Source: Synechococcus sp. A15-28
GTDB lineage: Bacteria > Cyanobacteriota > Cyanobacteriia > PCC-6307 > Cyanobiaceae
Assembly: GCF_014280175.1 (NCBI RefSeq)
Contig: NZ_CP047931.1
Location: 2,280,001-2,312,000, forward strand
Reading direction: 5' to 3'
Length of the DNA stretch: 32,000 bases
Numbering within the stretch: position 1 is the stretch's first letter; each line of letters begins with the position of its first letter. This document shows positions 18,870 to 27,605 of this stretch, piece after piece. The notes beneath the pieces are model-generated. The model saw nothing but the letters and a program-made list of their open reading frames with translations. It did not search any database and was not told where the DNA came from. Both the position numbers and the translations under genes were made by a program.

Positions 18870-19073
18870 CTAAAGGGTATCTTCTTTAGGATCTTTGTCC
18901 TCCAAGACAACTACATCAATTTCTTTCTTAAATTCACCAGAGGCGGATCTAAAACCGCCCAAATATTTAGCCAAATATTTTCCTACTTTGGGCAAACTAT
19001 TAGGCCCTAAGACTAATAAAAAAATAAGGCATATAATTAGTAGCTCAGGAAAACCTAATCCAAAAAAGCTCAT
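18870..19073 (-). CDS. tatA: Twin-arginine translocase TatA/E-like subunit
   Basis: MSFFGLGFPELLIICLIFLLVLGPNSLPKVGKYLAKYLGGFRSASGEFKKEI: N-terminal TM helix, LFGP-like hinge and amphipathic helix typical of TatA. Confidence 0.87.
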   Translation of the reverse strand: MSFFGLGFPELLIICLIFLLVLGPNSLPKVGKYLAKYLGGFRSASGEFKKEIDVVVLEDKDPKEDTL

Positions 19074-19481
19074 TTGTGATTTAACGATAATTTATAATAG
19101 CTGTGCCGGTAAGTTCATCAAGTTGATTTTAGACATATTTAAGATTACCAATTTTGCTTTTGTAAGATTACTATCGAACGGTATACGTGCATAATGTAAA
19201 GTCATGCAGTAAACAATATAATTAATTGATTTACAGGCAATCAATTAGCTGGCACATTCTCCTAATATTCGGCTTCAAAAGTATATGATCGTTTGTGGTA
19301 TTCTCTTAATTCATTGCTTATTTAACCACTCAGACTTCAAAATAGTATAAGGATATATAACTTTATCTCAAATGCCTTATTACAATCAAAAAAGAGTCGA
19401 GTTCTGGTTGGTACAGACGTGAAAGTAAAATACCGACAGGTTGATAGAAAATCGTAATTGTTAACCGACAACGAATTCTTA

Positions 19482-19495
19482 GTAGAACTGGATAC
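19482..19495. promoter_or_regulatory. Second GTA-N8-TAC (NtcA-like) site
   Basis: GTAGAACTGGATAC in the long gap between tatA and the HEAT-like ORF; no well-spaced -10 on either strand, so weaker than the 18637 site. Confidence 0.3.
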
Positions 19496-19745
19496 CATTT
19501 AATTACAATTAATGAGGTTTAGATAAATTCAGCATACATCATTTGTCTAGAGCGAGTAGTAATCATTTACCTATGTAACCATAAATGAAAAATCATACGC
19601 TCAGATTCAGCAAGCCTAAAATAGGGAAAATGATATGTGATATATTCATACGATACCAAGACTATATGGTAGAATTGTTGTGTTCGTTTCTACACAATGA
19701 AGAATTACATCTTGAAACCAAAAAAACTACTTACGCTAAATAACC

Positions 19746-20471
19746 ATGAAGGATACTGAATCAGATCTGTGGGAGAGACTCGGCAATTCACGTAAGGTTC
19801 CCTTGGATCCTTGTTGGTTAGAAAATGTCTATTCGCCCAACCTTGCTACTGATCTGCGGCTAGCTCTCTGTGAAAAAATGGGTATGCTTGCAGATCGTGG
19901 CTGGCCTACTATTGAACATTTACTGCAACGCTATGGCGACATGCCTGATTTGGTGATGGCCGCAGGACTCTGCCATCAAATTGAGGCCCGTGAATGGTTA
20001 CTGGAATTGCTCAAGCGCAGCAATTATAATGAAAAACTTCAACTAACTGCAGTTCAATCGCTTGGTTGTTGGGGTGCTGAAGTTCCCGAAGCAATCGTCA
20101 CTCATTGCTTACATCATCCTGGTCAAAATTTTCGACTCGCTGGTCTTCAATTGCTGGAATTTCGCTCACATCTTCTAACAGATCACCAACTATTGGATTA
20201 CTGTAATGAAGCACTCAACGATTTTCGGGATTCAGTTGTTATTGCAGCAATCCGTATAATTCAGCGTCGTGACAGTAAAGAAATCTGCAAACAATTATTT
20301 TGTTTGTGTCAAGAAGACTCTGACGAAGTCGCATTTACCGCACTCCGTGCTCTTAGCTGTATAGCATCCGAAAATAGCAAAAAATATCTACTAAAACTTA
20401 GTAAAACCCTAAAAAGTGAATCAAGACGATTATTAGCCCAAAAAAAACTTAACGAACAGTTTAGATCTTAA
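19746..20471 (+). CDS. HEAT/armadillo-like repeat protein
   Basis: 241 aa helical repeat pattern: LQLTAVQSLGCWGAEVPEAIVTHCLHHPGQNFRLAGLQLLEF... DSDEVAFTALRALSCIASENSKKYL. Confidence 0.75.
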   Translation: MKDTESDLWERLGNSRKVPLDPCWLENVYSPNLATDLRLALCEKMGMLADRGWPTIEHLLQRYGDMPDLVMAAGLCHQIEAREWLLELLKRSNYNEKLQLTAVQSLGCWGAEVPEAIVTHCLHHPGQNFRLAGLQLLEFRSHLLTDHQLLDYCNEALNDFRDSVVIAAIRIIQRRDSKEICKQLFCLCQEDSDEVAFTALRALSCIASENSKKYLLKLSKTLKSESRRLLAQKKLNEQFRS

Positions 20472-20493
20472 AGCCCAATAACAATTGGACTTT
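20470..20493. terminator. Possible hairpin between convergent genes
   Basis: aaagcccaa-taacaa-ttggacttt, 8 of 9 pairs, starting at the stop codon of the HEAT-like ORF and 22 nt from the cynS stop; AT-rich stem, no clear U-tract. Confidence 0.3.
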
Positions 20494-20515
20494 AGATAAG
20501 TCGAAAGCCTAAGTT

Positions 20516-20950
20516 TTACCATTTCTTGTAGGGTAAAAACTTACCACACATTACAATTTTGACACGATCACCTTTAGGGTCCTCAACTTTATCGACATCT
20601 ATAGTGAAATCAATAGCACTCATAATTCCATCTCCGAAATGCTCCTGAATTACATCTTTCAGAGGCATGCCATACACCTGCATGATCTCGTAAAAACGAT
20701 AAATCAAAGGATCAGTGGGAATCACTGGCTCAAGGCTTCCCTTGGTTGGGTACTCCTGCAGTGCCGCTGTTGTTTCTGCATCAAGGGATAACAAACCAGC
20801 AAGTTTCTCGGCCTCCTCCTTCGAGGCCGTCGCTTGGCCATAGAACAAAGATGCAACCCAAACCTCATCGAGACCAATAGCCGCCTCGAGATCAGCAAAA
20901 CTCATACCTTTGGCCTTTTTGGCGGCCATCAACGTGGCTGTTAAAGACAT
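20516..20950 (-). CDS. cynS: Cyanate hydratase (cyanase)
   Basis: [101 protein letters not shown]; start assigned to internal ATG (MSLTATLM) rather than 20980. Confidence 0.95.
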   Translation of the reverse strand: MSLTATLMAAKKAKGMSFADLEAAIGLDEVWVASLFYGQATASKEEAEKLAGLLSLDAETTAALQEYPTKGSLEPVIPTDPLIYRFYEIMQVYGMPLKDVIQEHFGDGIMSAIDFTIDVDKVEDPKGDRVKIVMCGKFLPYKKW

Positions 20951-21105
20951 AACGGTTAAGCGAACAATGAACTGCCTCAAAGCAGCATTCCAGATCGGAA
21001 CGTCTCAGCAGCATCGTAAGTGTCACCCAGCAAATGCACTCAAAATGCAGCAACGGCGACCAAATCAATTCATCGTTTTGATGCATCGTATACAACAGAC
21101 ACGTT

Positions 21106-21153
21106 CCCGTGACGCTGCAACCCCGTGACGCTGCAACCCCGTGACGCTGCAAC
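21106..21153. repeat. Three perfect tandem copies of a 16-bp unit CCCGTGACGCTGCAAC
   Basis: Units at 21106-21121, 21122-21137, 21138-21153, directly followed by an A-run. Confidence 0.95.
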
Positions 21154-21346
21154 AAAAAAATCATATTATAATTATGTGGGTCAGTTCTTTCGGGAAATCT
21201 CGTCATTGTTGTTCAGCCAACAATTGCAAGCAAAACCGGCCATCAACCTCGCCCTCGAGCGTCTGTACTACGCCGATGGTCGTCACAACCCCGACCATCC
21301 CCGGCACGGCAGCTTCGATGGACTGAATGTCCTGCCACAAAGCTAG
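21125..21346 (+). CDS. Possible small protein or gene remnant (C-terminal half protein-like)
   Basis: ORF ending ...KPAINLALERLYYADGRHNPDHPRHGSFDGLNVLPQS*; listed start lies inside the tandem repeat, so true start is uncertain. Confidence 0.4.
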   Translation: MTLQPRDAATKKSYYNYVGQFFREISSLLFSQQLQAKPAINLALERLYYADGRHNPDHPRHGSFDGLNVLPQS

Positions 21347-21419
21347 GACGATTAGTATCAATCACTACGTTCACGGGGTCCGGCACTCCTGAACACTTCG
21401 CTCAGCTGAAGGGACATCT

Positions 21420-22490
21420 GTGACCAGCGCCATCGTCAACGGTCGGGAACGCTTCAAGCAGCACCTGCGCAAAGTTGGCAGTGGTGAGCACACCAGCAAG
21501 GGGATGAGCAGGGAGGAGGCTGCCGATGCGCTCCATCTCATGCTCGATGGGGTGGCATCCCCAGCTCAAATCGGAGCCTTCCTGATCGCCCATCGCATCC
21601 GCCGGCCGGAGCCTCAGGAACTCACCGGCATGCTCGATACCTACCGCAGACTTGGTCCTGTGCTGACCAGTGCAGAGGGTCAGCGGCCGCCTCTCTGTTT
21701 CGGCATGCCCTTTGACGGTCGCACACGCACGGCCCCTATCTACCCACTCACCACGCTGGTGCTGCTCGCCTGCGGTCAGCCCGTGGTGCTGCAAGGGGGG
21801 GATCGCATGCCGATCAAATACGGCGTCACCGCAATTGATCTGTTCCGAATACTGGGCCTTGACCTGGCGGGTCTCTCCATAGCCACTGTCCAAGACGGCT
21901 TCGAGCAGACCGGGTTTGCACTGATCCACCAGCCCGACCATTTCGCCATCGCCGAAAGCCTGATCGGTTACCGCGAGGAACTGGGCAAACGTCCTCCAGT
22001 GGCCAGTCTTGAACTGCTGTGGACACCCCATCAAGGCAACCACCTGCTGGTAAGTGGTTTCGTTCATCCCCCCACGGAAAGCCGCGCCTGGGAGGCCCTC
22101 AAGCTGGCCGGCGAAACCAATCTGCTCACGGTGAAGGGTCTGGAAGGTGGCACCGATCTCCCCATCGGGCGGGCCTGCATCACCGCAAGGGTTCAGCAGG
22201 GCCAGGCCGAACGGCTGATTCTTCACCCTCGAGACCATGGCTGCCATGCAGCGGATGTGGAGTGGAGCGACGAAACGGCCTGGACGGAAAAGGCCCTTGC
22301 GGCACTCGACAACCGTGGCCCACTCCTGGATGCCCTGCGCTGGAATGCCGGGGCTTACCTCTGGTTCAGCGGCCTCAGCGACAGCCTTGAATCAGGCCTG
22401 CAAACAGCTGATGGCGTGCTGAAAACAGGCCAAGCCCTGCAATGCCTCGATCAGCTGCGGTCCTGGAGAAGCCATTTATCCATCCGATAG
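21420..22490 (+). CDS. Anthranilate phosphoribosyltransferase-like (TrpD2/YbiB-type) protein
   Basis: 356 aa; MSREEAADALHLMLDGVASPAQIGAFLIAHRIRRPEPQELTGMLD, YGVTAIDLFRILGLDL; lacks the canonical TrpD GTGGD signature (reads PFDGRTRTAPIYP). Confidence 0.85.
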   Translation: MTSAIVNGRERFKQHLRKVGSGEHTSKGMSREEAADALHLMLDGVASPAQIGAFLIAHRIRRPEPQELTGMLDTYRRLGPVLTSAEGQRPPLCFGMPFDGRTRTAPIYPLTTLVLLACGQPVVLQGGDRMPIKYGVTAIDLFRILGLDLAGLSIATVQDGFEQTGFALIHQPDHFAIAESLIGYREELGKRPPVASLELLWTPHQGNHLLVSGFVHPPTESRAWEALKLAGETNLLTVKGLEGGTDLPIGRACITARVQQGQAERLILHPRDHGCHAADVEWSDETAWTEKALAALDNRGPLLDALRWNAGAYLWFSGLSDSLESGLQTADGVLKTGQALQCLDQLRSWRSHLSIR

Positions 22491-22918
22491 CGCTTGAACG
22501 GGACGCCTCCGATGCTGATGGTTTCTGGAGCCTGCACACGCCAACCGCAGCGTTCCAGCAACGGACGACTCAACTGACTCGCTTCGGTGCGCAACCGCTC
22601 CACCCCCTCATGGCGGGCATCGGCCTCAATCTGGTCCAGCAAGGCGCGGCCATGGCCCTGGCGGCAAGCCCGTCCTCGGCAATAAAGCAAAGACAAGCGA
22701 TCCCTCGGTTCACGGATGGCAAAGGCAGCGTCGTGACCGCTAATCCACCCCTGCCCCTCCAGGAAGGTGCGATCCAGGATCCCGGGCAACCAGGCCAGAG
22801 CCGCCCAGGCGCGGACCTGGTCTGAGGAATAGAGCCCCGGAGCCTGACTCTCGATGGCATCCGCGTAGATCTCCCGCAGCAGGGGGTGATCAGCGGACCC
22901 GATCGGGCGGAGTGGCAT
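22451..22918 (-). CDS. GNAT-family N-acetyltransferase
   Basis: MPLRPIGSADHPLLREIYADAIESQAPGLYSSDQVRAWA..., CRGRACRQGHGRALLDQIEADARHEGVERLRTEAS...LLERCGW. Confidence 0.85.
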   Translation of the reverse strand: MPLRPIGSADHPLLREIYADAIESQAPGLYSSDQVRAWAALAWLPGILDRTFLEGQGWISGHDAAFAIREPRDRLSLLYCRGRACRQGHGRALLDQIEADARHEGVERLRTEASQLSRPLLERCGWRVQAPETISIGGVPFKRYRMDKWLLQDRS

Positions 22919-22965
22919 GCCATCGGCCTGTGGGAATGTGAGTCTCCTTCAACCGCCGGTCGCCT

Positions 22966-24216
22966 TTGCAGCGCCCCCGTATCCCCACCCTGCTCAGCGC
23001 GTTTCTGACGCTGCTGAACGATCGACTGAGCGAGAGCATTTTTTTACCGCTGTTGCCCTTTCTGCTGGCGGACTTCAGCAGCAGCGGCAGCACCGTCGGT
23101 CTGCTGTCGGGGACTTACGCCCTCTCTCAATTCGCCGTGGCGCCACTGATCGGTGCCCTCAGTGATCGCTTCGGCCGCAAACCGGTGATCAGCATTTGTG
23201 TGGGTGGCTCCGTCGTCGGCATGGGACTGTTCGCCACCACCCTGACAGTGCCCTGGCAGCAAATCTGGCCCGGAGCTGCCGCAGCAGGCGTCCCCCTGGC
23301 TCTGCTGTTCACAGCCCGGATCATCGATGGCATCAGCGGCGGAACGGCCGCCACCGCCACCGCCGTGCTGGCGGACGTCACAACACCGGAGAACCGTGCC
23401 AAAGCTTTTGGACTGATCGGTGTTGCCTTCGGTCTGGGCTTTGCCCTTGGACCAGGCCTCGGTGGTGTGCTCGGTGAAATGAACCGCATCCTCCCCGCCT
23501 GGGGTGCCACCGGGTTTGCCGTCGTGAACCTGGTGATGGTGAGTCTGTTGCTGCCGGAAACCCATCCCCTTGAGGCCCGTAAACCTCTGCCGCGCAAGCG
23601 AGCCCTCAACCCTGTATCGCTGCTTCAGCGGGTGTTTGCCCGTCCGGACGTGCGGCGTCTGGCCCTGGCCTTCTTCGGCTTCTTCATGGCCTTCAACGGC
23701 TTCACCACGGTTCTTGTGCTTTATCTGCGCAACGCCTTCAACTGGACGGAAGGGATGGCGGGAGCCGCCTTTGCCCTGGTGGGCGTGATCGCCATGGTGG
23801 TGCAGGGAGGACTGATCGGCCCGCTGGTGAAGCGATTCGGCGAACTCCGTCTCACCCTGGCGGGTCTGGGACTGCTCAGCGTGGGTTGCCTAATGGTGCC
23901 GCTCGCCACGGAAGAGACATCGATGCCGGTCATCTACAGCGCCGTCGCCCTGCTGGCGCTGGGCACCGGCCTGGTCACGCCTTGTCTGCGGGCGCTGGTC
24001 TCGAAACGACTAACGCGGGATGGTCAGGGAGCAGCCCTGGGAGGACTGCAGGGACTCCAGAGTCTCGGCACCTTTCTGGGGGCATCCGCTGCAGGATTCA
24101 GCTATGACCGTCTGGGACAGACGAGTCCCTTCTGGATCGGTGCTCTGGTGCTGTTCGGCGTTGCTGGTCTGGTGGCTGGTGCCCCCCGTTCAGCCACGGT
24201 TGAAACACGAATCTGA
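22966..24216 (+). CDS. Major facilitator superfamily transporter
   Basis: 416 aa, multiple hydrophobic helices; YALSQFAVAPLIGALSDRFGRKPVISICVGGS motif between TM2 and TM3. Confidence 0.9.
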   Translation: MQRPRIPTLLSAFLTLLNDRLSESIFLPLLPFLLADFSSSGSTVGLLSGTYALSQFAVAPLIGALSDRFGRKPVISICVGGSVVGMGLFATTLTVPWQQIWPGAAAAGVPLALLFTARIIDGISGGTAATATAVLADVTTPENRAKAFGLIGVAFGLGFALGPGLGGVLGEMNRILPAWGATGFAVVNLVMVSLLLPETHPLEARKPLPRKRALNPVSLLQRVFARPDVRRLALAFFGFFMAFNGFTTVLVLYLRNAFNWTEGMAGAAFALVGVIAMVVQGGLIGPLVKRFGELRLTLAGLGLLSVGCLMVPLATEETSMPVIYSAVALLALGTGLVTPCLRALVSKRLTRDGQGAALGGLQGLQSLGTFLGASAAGFSYDRLGQTSPFWIGALVLFGVAGLVAGAPRSATVETRI

Positions 24217-24261
24217 TTGCTACGTTTCGGCTGACCCCGCAGATCCAGCTCCAAACCTCCC

Positions 24262-26400
24262 ATGAGCTCCGCCGTTCTGAGCCCGGACCGCTACATCAAC
24301 CGGGAACTGAGCTGGATCGCCTTCAACCAGAGAGTCCTCGCCCAAGCGCTGGATCAGCGCACCCCCCTGCTGGACCAGGCCAAGTTCAGCGCCATCTTCA
24401 GCAACAACCTTGATGAGTTCTTCATGGTGCGCGTGGCGTCCCTGAAGTCTCAAGTGGAAGCTGGCATCACCACCCCCAGCGAAGACGGAAAGACGCCGCT
24501 CGAACAGCTGCTGACCATTCGCGAACGGCTGATACCCCTGCTGCAGCAACAGCAGGACCACTACCGCAAACAACTGCGCAAACAACTGCTCGACCACAAC
24601 GTTGAACTGCTGGATTACAGCCAGTTGAACAAGCAACAACAGCAATGGGTCAGCGACACCTTCCGCCATTCGGTGTTTCCAGTGCTGACGCCACTGGCCG
24701 TTGACCCGGCACATCCCTTCCCTTTCGTCAGCAACCTCAGCCTCAACGTTGCCGCTGTCATTCACGACCCGGAATCAGGCCAACGTCAATTCGCACGGGT
24801 GAAGGTTCCCCAGAAAAACCTGCCCCGCTTCGTCTCCATTCCCACCGAGCTGAGTGAGAGCGATCCCAAACCGATCCACACCGCCGTACCGCTCGAACAG
24901 GTGATCGCCTTCAACCTCGATCTCCTCTTTCCGGGGATGAGCGTGCAGGGGCATTACTTCTTCCGCGTGACGCGCGATGCCGACCTGGAACTGCGGGATC
25001 TCGAAGCCGATGACCTGATGCTTGCCCTTGAGCAGGGTCTACGCAAACGGCGGATGGGAGGCGAAGTGGTGCGACTCGAGGTGCCCAACGATATGCCCGA
25101 GGACGTCGTTGAAATGTTGATGAATGGCCTCGCCGTTGAGGAAGAAGACCTTTACAGGATTGATGGACCCCTGGGTCTGGATGACCTCTTCGGATTGATG
25201 GCTCTACCTCTGCCAAAACTGAAGGACAAACAGCACGGCGGACAGACGCCAGCGGTGCTGGCCAGAACCCAACAGCATCTGATAGACGAAGGTGCCATCA
25301 AACCCGAGGAATTCGAAAACATCTTCTCGGTGATGCGCCAACAAGACATTCTCTTGCATCACCCCTATGACCTGTTCTCCACCACGGTGGAGGAATTCAT
25401 CAACCAGGCCGCTGATGATCCCCAGGTGATGGGGATCAAGATGACCCTGTATCGAACCTCGAAGGATTCACCGATCATCGCGGCACTCATCCGTGCCGCT
25501 GAAAATGGCAAGCAGGTGATGGCTCTTGTGGAACTCAAGGCCAGATTTGATGAAGACAACAACATCCAGTGGGCCCGACAACTGGAACGCTCCGGCGTCC
25601 ATGTGGTGTATGGCGTTCTGGGCTTAAAAACCCACACCAAAATCGTTCTGGTGGTCCGCAAAGAGCAAGAAAAGCTACGCAGTTACGTCCACATCGGGAC
25701 CGGGAATTACAACTCAAAGACCTCGAAGCTCTACACCGATCTCGGGCTTCTCTCCACGCGGCCGGAACTGGGCCAAGACCTGGTGGAACTGTTCAACTAC
25801 CTAACCGGATTCTCAAAGCAGCAGAGTTTCCGCCGACTGCTGGTGGCTCCGGTGACCCTGCGCAAAGGGATGGAATCCCTGATCCGGCGTGAAATCGAAC
25901 ATGCCAGGGAAGGTCGGGAAGGTCACATCAGAGCCAAGATGAATTCCTTGGTGGATCCGGACATCATCGCGTTGTTGTACGAAGCTGCAGCAGCGAATGT
26001 GCGGGTTGAACTGATCATCCGGGGCATGTGCAGCCTCTACCCAGGCCGAGAAGGACTGAGTGAAAGCATCAGCGTTGTGAGCATCATCGGCCAGTTCCTC
26101 GAACACTCGCGCATTTTCTGGTTCGGAAACGGTGGCTCACCTGAGGTGTACATCGGAAGCGCAGACTGGATGAGTCGCAACCTTGATCGCCGGGTGGAAG
26201 CTGTGACACCCGTGGAAGATGCCAACCTTCGAGGCCGACTGGAGCGCTTGCTGGAGCTCTACCTGAAGGACAACCGGGGCGCCTGGGACATGCAAAGCGA
26301 TGGCAGCTTTATCCAACGGCAACCAGAGGACGGAGGGGACGTTCGCAACTCTCAAGTTCAACTGATCAAGCAATGGAGCCAAGGCGTGCCGCAATCGTGA
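24262..26400 (+). CDS. ppk: Polyphosphate kinase 1
   Basis: 712 aa; RELSWIAFNQRVLAQA, IFSNNLDEFFMVRVASLK, HTKIVLVVRKEQEKLRSYVHIGTGNYN, EHSRIFWF. Confidence 0.96.
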   Translation: MSSAVLSPDRYINRELSWIAFNQRVLAQALDQRTPLLDQAKFSAIFSNNLDEFFMVRVASLKSQVEAGITTPSEDGKTPLEQLLTIRERLIPLLQQQQDHYRKQLRKQLLDHNVELLDYSQLNKQQQQWVSDTFRHSVFPVLTPLAVDPAHPFPFVSNLSLNVAAVIHDPESGQRQFARVKVPQKNLPRFVSIPTELSESDPKPIHTAVPLEQVIAFNLDLLFPGMSVQGHYFFRVTRDADLELRDLEADDLMLALEQGLRKRRMGGEVVRLEVPNDMPEDVVEMLMNGLAVEEEDLYRIDGPLGLDDLFGLMALPLPKLKDKQHGGQTPAVLARTQQHLIDEGAIKPEEFENIFSVMRQQDILLHHPYDLFSTTVEEFINQAADDPQVMGIKMTLYRTSKDSPIIAALIRAAENGKQVMALVELKARFDEDNNIQWARQLERSGVHVVYGVLGLKTHTKIVLVVRKEQEKLRSYVHIGTGNYNSKTSKLYTDLGLLSTRPELGQDLVELFNYLTGFSKQQSFRRLLVAPVTLRKGMESLIRREIEHAREGREGHIRAKMNSLVDPDIIALLYEAAAANVRVELIIRGMCSLYPGREGLSESISVVSIIGQFLEHSRIFWFGNGGSPEVYIGSADWMSRNLDRRVEAVTPVEDANLRGRLERLLELYLKDNRGAWDMQSDGSFIQRQPEDGGDVRNSQVQLIKQWSQGVPQS

Positions 26401-26598
26401 TCTTTTGAGATGAAGTTGCGTCAAATATCCGTGATGACTGATACGAAATCGTTGTAATCAAGCCGAAGCCGTTCAACGCACTCCCGGCACACACGGGTGT
26501 CGTAAACCACATCAGGGGCTCCCGAAAGTCTTCGGATTCACAACAGTCAAATCAGAAGGTGAGTGCTAAATTCACATTAAATTCATCAGGAGACCAGG

Positions 26599-27588
26599 GT
26601 GATGGGGATCCCTCTGGACTCTTCCGGATCGACTGCAAAGTCTTCCCGGAAGTCACCTGCCTTGCCATCCACAGGACGGCGGGCATCTTCACGTCAAGGC
26701 GGCCGTCTGGCCACCGATTCCATCGGTTTTTATCTCAGCAGTATCGGTCGCATTCCTCTGCTAACAGCCGCTGAGGAGATTGAGCTGGCTCACCACGTTC
26801 AGGAGATGAAGCAACTTCAGGAACTCCCTGAAGAAGAGCTCACCTCCCGTCATCGTCACAAAATCCGCATGGGCAAACGTGCCCGGGATCGGATGATGGC
26901 CGCCAACCTCCGCCTTGTGGTCAGCGTCGCCAAGAAGTACCAGAACCAGGGGCTGGAACTGCTGGATCTGGTTCAGGAGGGAGCGATCGGACTCGAACGG
27001 GCCGTCGATAAGTTCGACCCGGCCATGGGATATAAGTTCTCCACCTACGCCTACTGGTGGATCCGCCAGGGGATGACCCGCGCGATCGACAACAGCGCCC
27101 GCACCATCCGGCTGCCGATTCACATCAGCGAAAAGCTCTCCAAGATGCGGCGCATCTCGCGGGAGTTGTCCCATCGGTTCGGACGTCAACCGAATCGACT
27201 GGAAGTGGCCAGTGCCATGGGCATTGAGCCGCGCGAGCTGGAGGATCTGATCTCCCAGAGCGCTCCCTGTGCATCGCTCGATGCCCATGCCCGCGGCGAG
27301 GAAGACCGCAGCACCCTGGGTGAGCTGATTCCAGACCCCAACGGCGAGGAGCCGATGGAAGGCATGGACCGCAGCATCCAAAAAGAGCATCTCGGTGGTT
27401 GGCTGTCCCAGCTCAATGAGCGGGAACAGAAGATCCTGCGGCTTCGCTTCGGTCTTGGCGGTGAAGAGCCGCTGACCCTTGCGGAGATCGGGCGTCAGAT
27501 CAATGTGTCCCGCGAGCGGGTTCGTCAGCTGGAAGCCAAAGCCATCCTCAAGCTGCGCTCGATGACCGATCATCAGCAGGCCGCCTGA
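26599..27588 (+). CDS. RNA polymerase sigma-70 family factor (likely cyanobacterial group 2)
   Basis: DSIGFYLSSIGRIPLLTAAEEIELA, NLRLVVSVAKKYQNQGLELLDLVQEGAIGLERAVDKFDPAMGYKFSTYAYWWIRQGMTRAI, LNEREQKILRLRFGL, VSRERVRQLEAKAI. Confidence 0.95.
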   Translation: MMGIPLDSSGSTAKSSRKSPALPSTGRRASSRQGGRLATDSIGFYLSSIGRIPLLTAAEEIELAHHVQEMKQLQELPEEELTSRHRHKIRMGKRARDRMMAANLRLVVSVAKKYQNQGLELLDLVQEGAIGLERAVDKFDPAMGYKFSTYAYWWIRQGMTRAIDNSARTIRLPIHISEKLSKMRRISRELSHRFGRQPNRLEVASAMGIEPRELEDLISQSAPCASLDAHARGEEDRSTLGELIPDPNGEEPMEGMDRSIQKEHLGGWLSQLNEREQKILRLRFGLGGEEPLTLAEIGRQINVSRERVRQLEAKAILKLRSMTDHQQAA

Positions 27589-27605
27589 TCCAAGCCTCCA
27601 GTCCG

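Noticed and set aside
21106-21153. CRISPR array
   Set aside because: The repeats are immediately adjacent with no spacers and no cas genes nearby; it is a simple tandem repeat.
22442-22825. 127-aa plus-strand ORF
   Set aside because: Overlaps the GNAT gene on the opposite strand, which has a convincing acetyltransferase pattern.
24220-24765. 181-aa minus-strand ORF
   Set aside because: Antisense to the start of ppk, which has strong family motifs.
26761-27573. 270-aa minus-strand ORF
   Set aside because: Antisense to the sigma factor gene; no recognisable domain.
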